Source: Camelus dromedarius (Eukaryota). Taken from it: a DNA stretch of 64,000 bases. Position 1 is the stretch's first letter. Each line of letters begins with the position of its first letter. The notes beneath the pieces are model-generated. The model was not told where the DNA came from and did no database searches. It saw nothing but the letters and a program-made list of their open reading frames with translations. A program made the position numbers and the translations under genes. This document shows positions 10,642 through 24,178 of the stretch, piece by piece. Location of the stretch: positions 50,594,001 through 50,658,000 of the forward strand of contig NC_087436.1 in assembly GCF_036321535.1 (NCBI RefSeq), written 5' to 3'.

Positions 10642-12515
10642 GTAAGTGCTCTCCTGTTAAAATTACAAATGAATATCTATACCCTTCCAAAGGCCTAATG
10701 TGGAATGAGTAGATAATACTCAGAATTTTTCTGAACTTTAGTACAAGTATGTATGTGTACACATACGTACATACACTACACACACAAAACGGGTTCGTGA
10801 TTTTAAGTCCTCGCTGGAAAGGAGATACTTGAGCATATACCTGAAAGAGGTAAAGGATCAAGACACACGGCATCCAGGGAAAGATCAGTCTAAGCAGAGG
10901 GAACAGCAGGTACAAGGCTTCTGAAGCGAAAGCCTGTCTGGTGGGTTTCAGGAACATCAGGAAGGGGAAGCAGCTCATTAGAAGTGAGGTCAGGAGGTAA
11001 TGGGGAGGAAGCAGGCTCTGGGCCTGAAGAGAACGTTGGGTTTTATTCTGAGTAAGATGCAAACTCCTTAGAAAATCTGACCCCAGAGAGACACAATCTG
11101 AGTTATGTTTTAAAAGAATGGCTGTGATTGTTGTGTTGAAAATGATTGGAAGCAGGAGGACCATTTGAAAAGCTAATCTCAGTAACCCAGGGAAGGCGAC
11201 GGCGGCCCAGCCTGAAGAGGCAGCAGTGGAAGCAGTGAGAGGTGTGTGGATACAGAGTATGTTGAGGGCAAAGCAACATGAGTTACTGTCGCCTCTGTGA
11301 AAGTGCAGAGTCCCTGAGGACTTTCTGTGGTGTTTATGGTGTGTCACCTGGCACAATTCCTGACAGAAGTCAGCATTCAGTTTTTGTTTATTAAAAGTAC
11401 AGTGAATGACCACAGTGTGCTCCATACCATAACGTGATTCATTGTAAAGTCAAAGGCAGAATCCCCTCTCCAACATCCCAGATTAATGAACATCTACATA
11501 GCCTTTCCTTAACTTACTAAAGAGAGCTCCTTGTTGTCAGAAGCCCCTTTTTCTATAGTTTAACACCCTGAACTAAATATGTTAGTACATTATTGTAGCA
11601 ACTTGAACTTAACGTGTTCCTCCACCCATACTCTGACCAAGGGGTCGCCTGCCTGGCATCTAGTCACTTGAGTTTATGGGCCCTGGCCCCTTGAGTGTCT
11701 ACCACATGCAGGCACTGTACTGGGTGCTTCAACTCATGAGATGGTAGTATTGCTCCATTTATGAACAAAGAAACTGAGACCCTGAGAGGAAGTTTAGTGG
11801 TTGCCCAAGGTCACATAGCTAGTAAATTGGTGGAATCAGGATTTAAAACCAAATGTGACGAAGTGTAAAACTTGGGTATAGAAGCATTTTTACAAATATA
11901 ATTTTATTTCCTTTAAGCCATAATGTCTATATGGTTTATAGATTACATAGATATAGATACTATTTAATATTTGATCCCCTAGAAAGCCCATGGCAATTAT
12001 TGTAGTCTTCATTTTGTAATTGTGAAAATGACTCAGTGGTTTCCCCCATCAGCAAGTGGCAGAGCTAGAACCTGAACTCAGACTCTGAACGAAGGTTAGA
12101 AAACTTGGATTCTAGGCAGGTAATAGAAATGTGTGAAGAGGCTCCACCAAGTTGATAAATACTAGTTTGATTCTTAGTCACTTGTTCTGTGCGCTCACTC
12201 ACACTGCCTACTGGAAACTTAAGCCAGCACTCAGTCTTGAGCTGCAGTGCATACTAGATTGAATTAACTCAAACTTCCCTTCAGACTTTGTAAATACACT
12301 TTCAAATCATAGATGTTTAAAAGACCAAAAGGAAATGCATCAAAATGGTAGCAATGCTTGTTTCTGATTTTCTTTGTTATATTTGTTTAAATTTTTTAAA
12401 CTTCTGTCCTATAAAAAGTATTAAAGCATTAAGTTTTGTTAAAATTTTAGGGCTGGGACTATTTCTTGTTAATTAGAATGAATTGTTAAATTGAATAAAT
12501 TTTAATTTTCTTTAG

Positions 12516-12734
12516 GAACTTCTTAAGAGATACTCAGAAATGGATAATCATTATGAATGCGTAAATAGATTGTCTCTTGACTTGGAGAAGGAAATTGAAA
12601 CCCAAAAAGAGCTTTCAGTTAGAGTAAAAGCAAACCTCTCACTTCCATATCCACAAACCAAACAAATTCAAAAACTTCTCACTGCAAACCAGAGATGTTC
12701 CATGGAATTCCATAGAGTCATGAAGAAACTTCAG
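12516..12734 (+). CDS. CENPE: CENPE exon (219 nt)
   Basis: ctttag|GAA ... CTTCAG|gtacca; [14 protein letters not shown]...VMKKLQ. Confidence 0.94.
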
Positions 12735-12914
12735 GTACCATCTTTCCTAGTAATATCTTTGTAACAGCTGTAAATTTCTATTACAAACTTTTATGTGTTT
12801 AAGTCCTGCTTTGGGTGTTGGCAAATTTTTGCTATTCAGTGTATTTATTACTAAATTAAAGATTGTGTGGGTCTAAGAACAGTATGTGCAATATCCTCAA
12901 TGCACCTAGGACCT

Positions 12915-14010
12915 GTTTATTCAACAAAACCTGAGCTTTTGCCTGTGGGCCTAGACACTGTCCAGATGTTTAGGAGACAGGTATGAATAACATCTCAAGG
13001 ATCTCATAGTAAGTGAGGCAGACAAGTAAACAAGTAATGAGTGTAGCAAAAGAAGTATGTGCAGATTATATGATGTAACCAGATAAAAAGTTAGAGAAGA
13101 TAGGACTGTAGTGGAAGATGGACTCAGGCAATAAAGCTTGGAGTTCATTTTGTAGATGAGGCAGAGCCATTGGACAGTTATTTTAAGGTAGTGGCAATAA
13201 TATGTTCAGATTATCATTTTAGATAATTCCCTACAAAGAACAAATGAGTTTGTGGAGGTTAAGGCTAGTGACCAAGAGAAGAGACAAGAGGCAGTTATGG
13301 TGGTCCCGATGATATATTGTGGGTGACTATGCTACTAGGGAAAGATCCATAGGGATGGAGATTACAATATTATAAAAGGAGTCCATGTGATTGGTAGTGA
13401 AGGTAAAGGAGAGAAGTTTAGATTGAGCCCCAGGATTTGGGCTTAGCCAGGTTTGTGAATAGTGTTACCATTAACTGAGATAAAGAGGAAGGAGAGATCA
13501 AGTGTTTAGTTTGAAATGTTGTGAGGTAAAAATACCTATGACAGAACATCCAAGAAGAAAGACCAAGTAGGCATTTAGTTAAAAGTCTGAGGTTTGTCAG
13601 GAAAAAAGTCAGAGCTAAAGATAAAGATTTGGGATTCATATAGGTGATAGATTGCACAACTTGAGTAAGTCAGCCAGAAAGCATAATAGAGGAATAAGAG
13701 TTGGAGGATAAGATAAGAACTCCAGAAAAGATAATTATTCAAGAAGCAGTTACAGAAAAGAGAGCAACGTGTGGATTCAGGTTTGGAAAAGTCAAACAGA
13801 CAGGAGAGAACCAAGTAAAAGTGCTATCGCTCAACTCACTAGAGGAGAGTATGTCAAAGATGAGTGGTCATGAGTGGCCGAAGCTTCAGACAGACAGAAT
13901 GTGGATTGGAGAGATCTCAATTTGTTGATAATAGAACACACTGATGACTTTTGTCAGAGTAGTTTTAGTTGAGTGGTTAGTGAAGAGGCCAAATTATGAG
14001 ATGTTAAGGA
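12915..14010 (-). mobile_element. L2 LINE fragments (approximate)
   Basis: Purine-rich antisense-L2-like sequence starting at tttattcaacaaa. Confidence 0.55.
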
Positions 14011-14604
14011 ATGGTGAAAGTTAAAGAGGTGGAGTATCTGCCCTGCCTGGGTAAATTGTCCCTCAGGCCCTGACATCTATAAATCTTGGCAATCAGATAT
14101 CCACAGCTTATTGAGGAGATCCATGAAACATAGGGCATTCAATTTATTGTCACTTTAAAGCCAAACATCTAAATATGCTTGAGAAGAGAATCTTGAGGCA
14201 TGTCACACTCATTTTGGTTACCCAATCAAGGTGGGCAGAAGATGTTGAAAATGAATGTCAGGTGGGAAACCTAGGTAGTTGATGATGTAATTAACCAAAA
14301 ATGGGGCAATAGAAAAAGGGAAAGGAATCATGCACATTTTAAAGCTATTGAATTTGAGTTAATTGTAGGACATCCATGAGGTATATTCAGGGGGAAGTCA
14401 GAAATATGGAAGGCCTGGAAGTTATTCTCCCAAGAGAATAAGAGGAAAAAATTGGGAATAAAGGCTCTTTCCTTCTTTCTCACTTACCAGAGGATATAGA
14501 TAATTAAGAAATGCCATCCTACCTCATAGTCTCAGAGGTTTGAAATTTCATCTAAATGTGATAAAAGTTTTCATTTCCCAATTTGTTTAATGTTTTTCTA
14601 CAAG

Positions 14605-14802
14605 TACGTGTTAAGCCATGTTACAAAGATAAAGGAAGAACAACATGAATCCATCAATAAATTTGAAATGGCTTTTATTGATGAAGTAGAAAAGCAAAAT
14701 GAACTGCTAATGAAAATACAGAACCTTCAACAAGATTATGATGTACCGCCCAGAGAATTAAGAGACCTCAAATTGAGCCAGAATATGGATCTACATATTG
14801 AG
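14605..14802 (+). CDS. CENPE: CENPE exon (198 nt)
   Basis: tacaag|TAC ... ATTGAG|gtatag; [15 protein letters not shown]...MDLHIE. Confidence 0.94.
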
Positions 14803-15212
14803 GTATAGTTTGCTTATAATGTGTTTAATTAGATTTCAAGCCTTTTTATCAAGTAGAAAAGGTACATTTCATGTTTAGAGTCATTTTCATTTATCAAAGT
14901 TAAAAATTGGTTGCAGAATGACAGCTGGCCAGATGTAAAGAGTGCCAGGTAATAGTCTAGCCTCTTTTCAGAACCCAAAGATACAGAAAATAGATGTAAT
15001 ATCAGCAGGTGAAAATTCATGGAACCCCAGAATAAGTTTGCTAACGCTTTCTAAAACTTCCTACATCTGTGACTAGGAGTCAGAATATATTTTCTTCAAA
15101 ATATTAAGAATGCGAGATCAGTAAGGTGTTTTCCCCTTTTTATGATATTAGTATGCTATTACAGATAAAGACTTTTCCAATGTTCAGGCAATTCAATGCT
15201 TATTTTTCACAG

Positions 15213-15416
15213 GAAATTCTCAAGGATTTTTCGGAAAGTGATTTCCATAGCATAAAGACTGAATTTCAGCAAGTACTAAGTAATAGGAAAGAAATGACCC
15301 AGTTTTTGGAAGAATGGTTGAATACTCATTTTGATGTAGAAAAGCTTAAAAACGGCATTCAGAAAGAAAACGATAGGATTTGTCAAGTAAATAACTTCTA
15401 TAATAACAAAATAATT
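15213..15416 (+). CDS. CENPE: CENPE exon (204 nt)
   Basis: tcacag|GAA ... ATAATT|gtaagt; [11 protein letters not shown]...YNNKII. Confidence 0.95.
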
Positions 15417-15952
15417 GTAAGTAATAATTTTCTTGTGCTACCTCTTTCTTTTTGTTGTTGTCTGCTTTATTTTTTCTACCTCATTCATAAAAGAACTTAG
15501 AGCAACTTACTTTTAAGTATTTTTTTTTAATTTGTATATGCTCTGTGAAAAAAACTGACTCTGTAAAACATCTCCTACCTCTATCTAATGTATTAGGAAA
15601 ATTAAATACTTATTTATACTTGAAGAGAAGATAACAAAATCTTGGTGTGTAACAATCAGTTTCCTCTTGTGGAATCTGGAATCTTTTTGCCATTCTCCTC
15701 TTTCCTTTCTCACTTCTCACTGCTTCTGTAGGGACATCCTTTTCCCCAAGTAGCCTCAGACAAGGTGAGACGTGAGCCTATTTCACGGTTATAGGCAGCA
15801 ACTGTGGGAAATCCCTAGACAAGCTGTTTTAAAATGTTCTGAATAATGAATTTCAGCATATGCCTTGTCCTAGAATTCTAGTATTTTCAGAGTATTTTTC
15901 TTTAATATGTAATTCATTTTACACCTATAATGGTGTTTTTACTATCCAATAG

Positions 15953-16171
15953 GCCATAATGAATGAGTCAACAGAGTTTGAAGAAAGAAATGCTACCATA
16001 GGCAAAGAATGGGAACATGATCTAAAATCAATGAAAGAGAATAATGAAAAACTGTTTAAAGACTTCCAAACTTTGAGGATCTCCCTGACTTCTGGTGCCC
16101 TTGTTAATCCTACTACACAAGATGATAAGAATCTTCATGTTACATCAAGAGCTACACAGCAAGCCACAGAG
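15953..16171 (+). CDS. CENPE: CENPE exon (219 nt)
   Basis: caatag|GCC ... ACAGAG|gtttgt; AIMNESTEFEER...QQATE. Confidence 0.94.
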
Positions 16172-17873
16172 GTTTGTACTTTCTTATAAGATGTTTTCCA
16201 ATTTGCAGCTTCACCACAGAGTTAAATGCACTTAACATCTTATATAACATTTATATATAACATTTCAGAGAAAAATTGTAGTATTGAATGTGTTAAGGAA
16301 CATGCGACCATCTTTGTGTATGTGTAATGGGCTTGTTTTTTAAATATTGTGACCATCATTCAACTAATTATAAAGCTAGACATGATCTAAGACCTCCCCT
16401 TTAGATTATGAAACAGAAGTAGCTCATAGCTTAATTTGATTAGTAGGTACCTACATCACTTAAGGTATTATTACCATACAGTATGTTTCCTAAATCATGT
16501 TACTTTCTATTAAACGATAATCTGTGTCTATGTACAGATCTAGCTTAGGGGAAAAGAGCAATTTAGCTTTTCTCTAACTGTCATCAGTGTTTTTAATATT
16601 GGTTAATATTTTAATTGAATTAAAAATAGAAGAGGCTAAAAATACAACAGATTTCTTAAGCAGATTAACCTGTATCCAAAAATCAGTATGTTATTTGAAT
16701 GATCCAGTTACTTTATCAACTACCCTTACTTGGGAATCTGTAAAGCAATAATGCTATTTAATTTTGTTAGCACACAAAATGACTTAGTGGGGAACCCAAG
16801 AGTAAATTATAATTTCTCACTTTTACCAAAATAAACACTTATAATAAAACATCAACCATTAATTTAATAATTACCAGTGGAAACTAGAAGGTCACTAGTG
16901 TATAGTTTATTGATTTGCTGATCACTGCAGACATCAGTCAGCTGGCAGAGGTAAAATTGTGGACATTTGAAACCCATCTACCACAGCAATAAGATAAAGA
17001 AACAGAGGTGACCCAGAAAGTGACCTATCATATAAACAAATAATATGCTATTAGTTTGATAATTATGCTAAATTACGGTAGTGTGGTAATGATGCAGGAA
17101 TAGATAAGGAGAGTAGTTTGGTAATGATGCAGAAATAGACAAACAGAGCATGGGAATAAAACCTGCTCAGCAGTAAACCCAAATAAGTCTGAGGATTTAG
17201 TGTATGATAATGGTAAACTCAGTGGGGAAAAGATGATTTACTTAATGTTTGATTCAGAACAGCAAGCTAGCTAGCTGGAAAAAAATGTCTGGATTTCTGC
17301 CTCACTCATTAAACAAAAGTAAGTTCTGAGTAGGCCAAAAAGAAACACATTTTCCAGTAAAATCTGCATATGTGTGTATGTGAATAATCTTATAAATATG
17401 AACAAAGTTAGGTATTTAAATTCAGGTATTTTTGTACTTGGAAAAAACTGGAAATAACTTTAATGTTCATTAGTAGTCAATTTCCTTGAAATTAGATGTA
17501 TGTATCCATTAAAACAAAAATGTGAGAGATCTATGTGTATTGATAATGGAAAGATCTGGACAATATATTGTCTTTTTTTTTTTAAGCAGAACTATATATT
17601 AAGTATGTTCCTACTGGGTGTATGATCAGCATATTTATGAACTGAATACTCACTTATGCTTAGATACACATAGAAAACTTCTAGAAGAATACCCCTGCAA
17701 GAGTTTAATAATCATTGCTTCAGGGTCAGCTGGGGTTCTGAGGTGGGGAAACTGACTCTTCATCAAATACTGTTCAATTTTCCACATACTGAAGTTGAAC
17801 ACTAGGTAATAAAAATAAAGGAAAAAATATGCTACATGTGTTACCTTAAAGAGCTAATTATCAAATGTACTTT

Positions 17874-18010
17874 TTTTTTTAGTCTTTTGTGGGGGAGGTA
17901 ATTAGGTTTATTTATTTATTATTATTTATTTTAACGGAGGTACTGGGTATTGAACCCAGTACCTTGTGCATGCTAAGCACCCGCTCTATCACTGAGCTAT
18001 AGCTTCCCCC
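17874..18010 (-). mobile_element. tRNA-derived SINE, camelid vic-1-like
   Basis: Minus strand reads gggggaagctatagctcagtgatagagcgg...ctgggttcaatacccagtacctcc, with A/B boxes and an A-rich tail. Perfect 14-bp TSD ATCAAATGTACTTT at 17860-17873 and 18011-18024. Confidence 0.88.
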
Positions 18011-18329
18011 ATCAAATGTACTTTAAGTAGTATTAATTTAAAACGTGAGTGCCTATTTAATATGCCTCGCACCATGCTGACTAGTAAATAAAATAAACAC
18101 TAAACCTTAAAATGTAAAATTTGGGCATTTTTTAATCCAAGAACCATCAGCTTCTAAATGAAAAAAGTAATACATGTGTAAATTGAGTGACACTTGGCTT
18201 CTCTTTTCTATCCTTTGTTAATGCAGTCTGTGAAAATTAATACCTATATATGATTATCTTTGTCTTAAACTTATAAACTATGACTCTGTCTACATGGCAG
18301 ATCTTATACATGCGTGCTTTTTCTAATAG

Positions 18330-18515
18330 AAAATTCAAGAGCTGGAAACTTCCCTCCGTGAAGCTAAAGAAAGTGCTGTACATAAGGAAAGCAAGATTAC
18401 AAAGATGCAGAAAGAACTTGAGATGACTAATGACATAATAGCAAAACTTCAAGCACAACTTAATGAATCAAATAAATGCCTTGAAGAAACAAAAGAAGTG
18501 ATCCAAGTACTTCAG
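18330..18515 (+). CDS. CENPE: CENPE exon (186 nt)
   Basis: taatag|AAA ... CTTCAG|gtaatt; KIQELETSLREAKE...VIQVLQ. Confidence 0.94.
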
Positions 18516-19329
18516 GTAATTTAACAAACTCATTTTATAAATAAATGTGTTTTTTTTTTCCCTTACTGTTGTAGTTGGCAGATAATTTGGGACTCATCAT
18601 TTACTTCAACTTCCTGTTATCTACGAATACCTGAAGTTCAGTACTCAAGCTTTAAAAAAAGCAAGTGACAACTTAGAACTGAAGTGCAGGAGTATATTTT
18701 TATTCAAAATAATGATTTTTATCTTCCTAGAAAAAGTATTTTTAATTAACATATAAATATTATTCTTTATAGTTTAAAATGTATATTTTTTATTTCTCAT
18801 TAAAAAAGCTTTCTATCCAAATATTTAACATTCTTACATCTTAAAGTTCTCTTTTCTTCTGCTTAATCCTCTGTTATTGAGTCCCACCTGCTAGCCTTTG
18901 GCTGATTCTGTCCTATTTTCTTTATAAAGAACAGTAGTATAAATGTGTTTGACCTTAAATGCCGTTACACATGTCACACTCTCATTCATCACATCCTTCC
19001 AACTCCCTTTTGTTTCAGCCCAGCCACTTCTCACACTTCTGCTATTTGCATCCAACCCTAATAGGCATTTGTTGCTATTCTTGCTCCAGTGTCTCTTCAT
19101 TCCAGTTACAATTAGAAACAAATCAAGGATATCTGTTTTTTCCATTATTTTACATTGTTCCAAAAATTCGGGTTTATTCAATGAGACATGAAACAGCAAG
19201 GCAAGAAGAAAATCTGTTTTGTTTTTCGACAATTGTTGGCATAACTAAAAACCAAGAAAATCGACTGTGAAGCTTTAGAACTTTTAGAGTACTTTTTTAA
19301 TATTTCAAATAATTAAATGACCATATTTT

Positions 19330-20720
19330 TATTCATTCAACAAATATTTGTTGGGCATTTGTTGCTGTGTGTGTGTTGGTCATTGTTCTCAATGCCATGT
19401 GTACAGCAATGGGGAAAAAAATAAACTTCCCCCTTCCTTCAAGGAGCTTACATTCTATTTCAGGAAGACAGAAAATAAAGCAGTATCTGTGTGTGTCAAA
19501 TACTGAAAAGTGCAATGGAAAAACATTAAGCCAGATGAGGGTACATGGATAGTGGGTGAAAGTAGGGGTGTGAGGGAAAGAGATGTGGTTTTATAAGGGG
19601 AGTTGGGGAGAGCCACACCTTTAAGGTGATGTGAAGTGATGGGGTGAGCGATGTGGTAGAGGAGGGCCTTCTAAGCAAAGAAAATAGTGAATGCCAAGGC
19701 CCCAGCACAGAAACAGTCTAGATATTTAAGAAACCACAGAAAGCCATTGTCTCTGGAGCAGAGTGAGCAAGGGGATAGAAGTGGGAAACAGGTGAGACAT
19801 AACAGAGCATCAAATTGTAAGGGATCTTGCAGGCTACTTTGGTTCCTATTCTGAGTGAAATGGGAAGTCATCAGGGGATTTTGGCTAAAGGATATTATGG
19901 TCTGACTTAATTTTTTTTAACTGCCCTTTGAAGATAGAATCCAGGATGATGTGTTTGTTAGAGTGGCACGCCAGCTGCTGTAACAAAGGGGACCAAAAAT
20001 GCAATGGCTCAAACAAGATAGATGCTTCTCTGTCTCACATAAAAGCGTGAATTCCAGGTTGGCAGGTGACTCCATTCCACGTGACCATTCAGAGCCCACA
20101 TTTCTCCTGTCTTGTTTCTCCACCACCTGATTGGGTGCTGTTTTCATCTGCGAGGTTAAAGCCAAGTTGTAAGCTGTCTATGCTCAGGCTCACAGGAAAG
20201 GGGCAAGATGGAGAAGCTAAAAATTACCTTAAAATCTCTATTCTTACGGGCTCCTGCCTGGAAATGGCACATATCTTTTCCTCTCGTATTTCTTGGAGTC
20301 AGAGATGATTTCCCTAGTTTTTGGCCTGTGAGACTGGAAGAATGGACTTGCCATTTATGGAGACAGAAAAGACAGCCAGAAAGGAAGTTTGAAACCATGG
20401 GAGCAGATTCACAGTTCCATTTTGAACACATTGAATTTGAAATACCCACTGGGGGCACCCAAGTTGAGATATGACTTAGGCAGTTGGATATATGAGTCTA
20501 AGAGAGAGAGAGGTCTAGACTTGAGATATATAAGTTTCGGGATTTATCAGCATATAAGGGTCATGAGACTCGACAAGGTCATGAGCATGATGGAGAAGAG
20601 ATGTGGAGTAACCAAAAGATACTGAGATGGAGCAGGCGTGAGGAAAAGAGAAAGGGGAGTGGGATGTCAGGGGGGTAAGAGACAGTGGTTCCAGCGTCCT
20701 CACATATGTGAAGAAAGTGC
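19330..20720 (-). mobile_element. L2 LINE interrupted by a MaLR (MLT1-like) LTR at about 19950-20270
   Basis: Starts attcattcaacaaatatttgttggg (L2 3' end, antisense). L2-like sequence resumes at about 20310 after an MLT1-like block (gctgctgtaacaaa...aatggctcaaacaagataga). Confidence 0.65.
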
Positions 20721-21834
20721 TTCAGGTAAGAGGGAGTGAGTGACAAACATCTTCTCATTCAGTATAGATTGATACCTGTATTGTGGAGATAGGAGCATCT
20801 TCCTGCACAGCACAAGTAACCATTTAGATAATGTACTGGGGTCTGGCATTGGACAGCACCCATGGGGAAAGAGAGCAAAATACAAGGTATCCATAAAATC
20901 TTTATACAGTTTGGATTTTTTAAATGTGTTTCTGTATATTATATAAATATTCTATAAAATGCAATAGACTATATTTAACTCAAGACAGCATAATAAAAAT
21001 GCAAAGATACTTTTAACCTATTTACCACTGTTTGAAAACACCTGTCCAATATAATGTAGCATTTATTAATTGAACATAGAACAAAGTAATTTGAACAAAT
21101 GAATCAGTAACAGTTTTGTTTAAATCTTTATATTTTTCCTCTGTTGTATCTTTACAAATTGTTTATATCAAGTAGCAGTGAATTTGTTAAAACTTTAAAC
21201 TACACTAGAACTTTATGGACATCCTACACGAAAGGAAAGAAATCTTATAATTTATGGCCACAGAATCTAAAATAAAATGCTTGAAAGACTAAACAAAAGA
21301 TGAGAGCAACATATATGAAAGGCACAGCAAAACTTTGAAAAGAAATATAGGAGAACACGTGGTTTAAAATAAGAAACATGCCATTTCCTATTTTGGAACC
21401 TAAATACTGTACATCCCAAATTAGTTTCTAAATTTAATGTAATTCAGTTTAAACTTTCAAAAGAATTCTTTGTCTGGTAGAGCAAGGAAAGTTTCTTAAT
21501 AGAATTCATCTAAAATACAGGTAATAAATAGGTGATGTTAATAAGAACTTTTGTTTTCTGTATATTAGAGAAATTAAGGTTATTGGTATTTTTTGAGTAC
21601 AGCTTTGGTCACATGCCATATGTTTGAAATATGGAGTTCTTATTGTCTTTCTGAGACAGTATTTCCAATTTTGTTTTATTTTTTTACATAAAAATTACTT
21701 TAAACAATGTTATATATGACTAATTTATTGTGGTAAAAAGCTACTATAATTTCTGCATGTTTAGAATACATTAAAATTTTATTTTTGTTATCATAAATGG
21801 ATAATTGTTTTTAGAGTTCTTTGAACTTTTAAAA

Positions 21835-23560
21835 CAGTAAATAGACAAATAGGTCAATGGAATAGAATAGAGAGCTCAGAAATAGAACCACACAAATATA
21901 GTCAACTGATCTTTGACAAAAGAGCAACGGTAATTCAATGGTTCAACAGTAAAGGAAAATCTTACCAACTGAAAATGCTGGACCAGTTTTACATCCACGA
22001 GCAAAAAAACAAGGTTTGACACAGACCTTACAGCTTTCAAAAAATTAATTCAACTGATCATAAATGTAAAACACAAAACTAGGAAACTCTTAGAAGATTA
22101 CATAGGAGAAAAGCTAGCTGACCTTGGGTTTAATGGTGACTTTTTTAGACACGACCCCGAGAGAGAAAAAGGGAAAAAATCCATGAAAGAAAAAAATTGA
22201 TAAGTTGGACTTCATTTAAATTAAAAACATTCACTCTGTGAAAGATAAGCAACAGACTGGTAGAAAATTTTTTGCAAAACATATCTGATAAAGAACTGTT
22301 ATCCAAAATATACAAAGAATTCTTAAAACTCAATAAAATAAGAAAACAAACAACCTGATCAAAAAATAGGTAATGAATCTGAATAGATACCTTACGAAAG
22401 AAGGTAAACATACAACAAATAAGCATATGAAAAGATACTCAACATCATGTCATTAGAGAATTGAAAATCAAAACCACGAGAATAGCACTACACACCTGTG
22501 GTATCTCAAAATACCATAATGGCCAAAATTCAAAACACTGACAACACTTAATGCTGGTGAGGTTGTGGAGCAGCAGGAATGCTCATTTATCATGGTGGGA
22601 ATGCAAACAGTACAGCTACTTTGGAAGACAGTCTGGCAATTTCTTGCAAAACTGACACCACTTGAGCCAGTCACATGCTCAAGGAGTCCCTGATATGAGT
22701 GCCTGGTCCAGAAGGCCTAGGTATTGAACTGGTGCTGTGACTGAGCAAACAGTGGGTTCATCAACCTCCTTAAGCATCTGCCATTTTTAGAAGCTTTGCA
22801 TCTTCTTAGTCTTTGCTGGTCCTTGTATGTGTGCAGATGTTTTTATGAGGATTGGTGTGGGAAAGCCTAGAGAAATAGGGTCCCTATTTAGATGGGTTTA
22901 TTTTTGTATTCAGTATCTGGTAATATTCCATTGTGTGGCTGTGGTGCAGCAATAAAAAGAACACTTTATTCAGCAATAAGAAGAAAAGAGCTATCAAGCC
23001 ACAAAAAGATCTGGAGGAAATCTTAAAGGCATATTGTTAATTAAAAGAAGCCAATCTGAAAAGGCTATATAATGTATGCTTCCAACCATATGACATTCTG
23101 GAAAAGGCAAAATTAGGGTAACAATAAAAAGATCGATAATAGCCAACAGTTCAAGGGGAGGGAGGGAAGGATAGGTAGGTGGAGCACAGGGAATTTTTAA
23201 GGCAGTGAAACTATTCTGTGTGATGCAGTAGTGATACATGTCATTATACACTAGTCAAAATCCACAGTTAACTATATAATACAAATAATAAGCCCTAACT
23301 ATGTAACACAAATAATAACCCATAGTTAACATATATAATACAAATAATAAGCCCTATTATTAAACTATGAACTTTAGTTAATAATATATCAGCATTGGCT
23401 TATCATTTGTAACAAATATACCACACTAATATAAGATTTCAGTAACAGGGAATGTTGGAGTTGGGGGACGTAACAATATTTGGGAACTCTGTGTACACTC
23501 TGCTCAGTTTTTCTGTAAGCCTGAGATTACTCTAAAAATGAAATCTATTCACTAAAAAAA
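21835..23560 (+). mobile_element. Old L1 (L1MC-like) ORF2 end and 3'UTR fragments
   Basis: caatggaatagaatagagagctcagaaataga, caactgatctttgacaaa, tccaaccatatgacattctggaaaaggcaaaa; interrupted at about 22680-22960. Confidence 0.8.
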
Positions 23561-24065
23561 GATTTATATATGTATGTGGATTGGATATCTTTTCTCTGAG
23601 TGGAAACTAGATATATTTATATCACTGGATTGTATCTTTGACCACAAAATACCCTCAATACTGCTACATAATACTTTGTGCCTTAAATTCAGTTCTACGT
23701 TGATATTTATATTGCTGTTCTGACATGTTTTTATTTTTTGGATTGACCTTTGTCTACCCATTTCATTATTTTCAACCTTTGTTTCATGTGTTCAGGTAGA
23801 TTGGTTTTAAATTGGGAACAAAATTTGTTTTAAGAATCATATGTTCTTTATGAGAAAAATCATATGTTCTCTAAGTACATATTAGCTTCTAATAGCTTCA
23901 GATATATTTCACATCAAAATATCTATTCATTTTAGGGTTAAAATTTGTGCTTTTCATATGTTTGGAGATTGCTGTTTTAAAATATTCTACTAGATCTCAG
24001 GGCAGTTAAAAGCTCTTTGAAATTGCTTTAAAATTATTTTATTTTTCTCTTCTTTAAAAAATTAG

Positions 24066-24178
24066 GACAAAGTTGCTTTAGGAGCTAAGCCCTATAAAGA
24101 AGAAATTGAAGATCTCAAAACAAAGCTGGTGAAAACAGACCTAGAGAAGATGAAAACTGCCAAGGAGTTTGAAAAGGA
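24066..24178 (+). CDS. CENPE: CENPE exon (113 nt, phase 0/2)
   Basis: aattag|GAC ... AAGGA|gtacgt; DKVALGAKPYKEEIEDLK...EFEK. Confidence 0.94.

Noticed and set aside
10631..11425. 264-aa minus-strand ORF, the longest in the track
   Set aside because: Antisense to a CENPE intron and largely over L2-like repeat sequence, with no recognisable domain.
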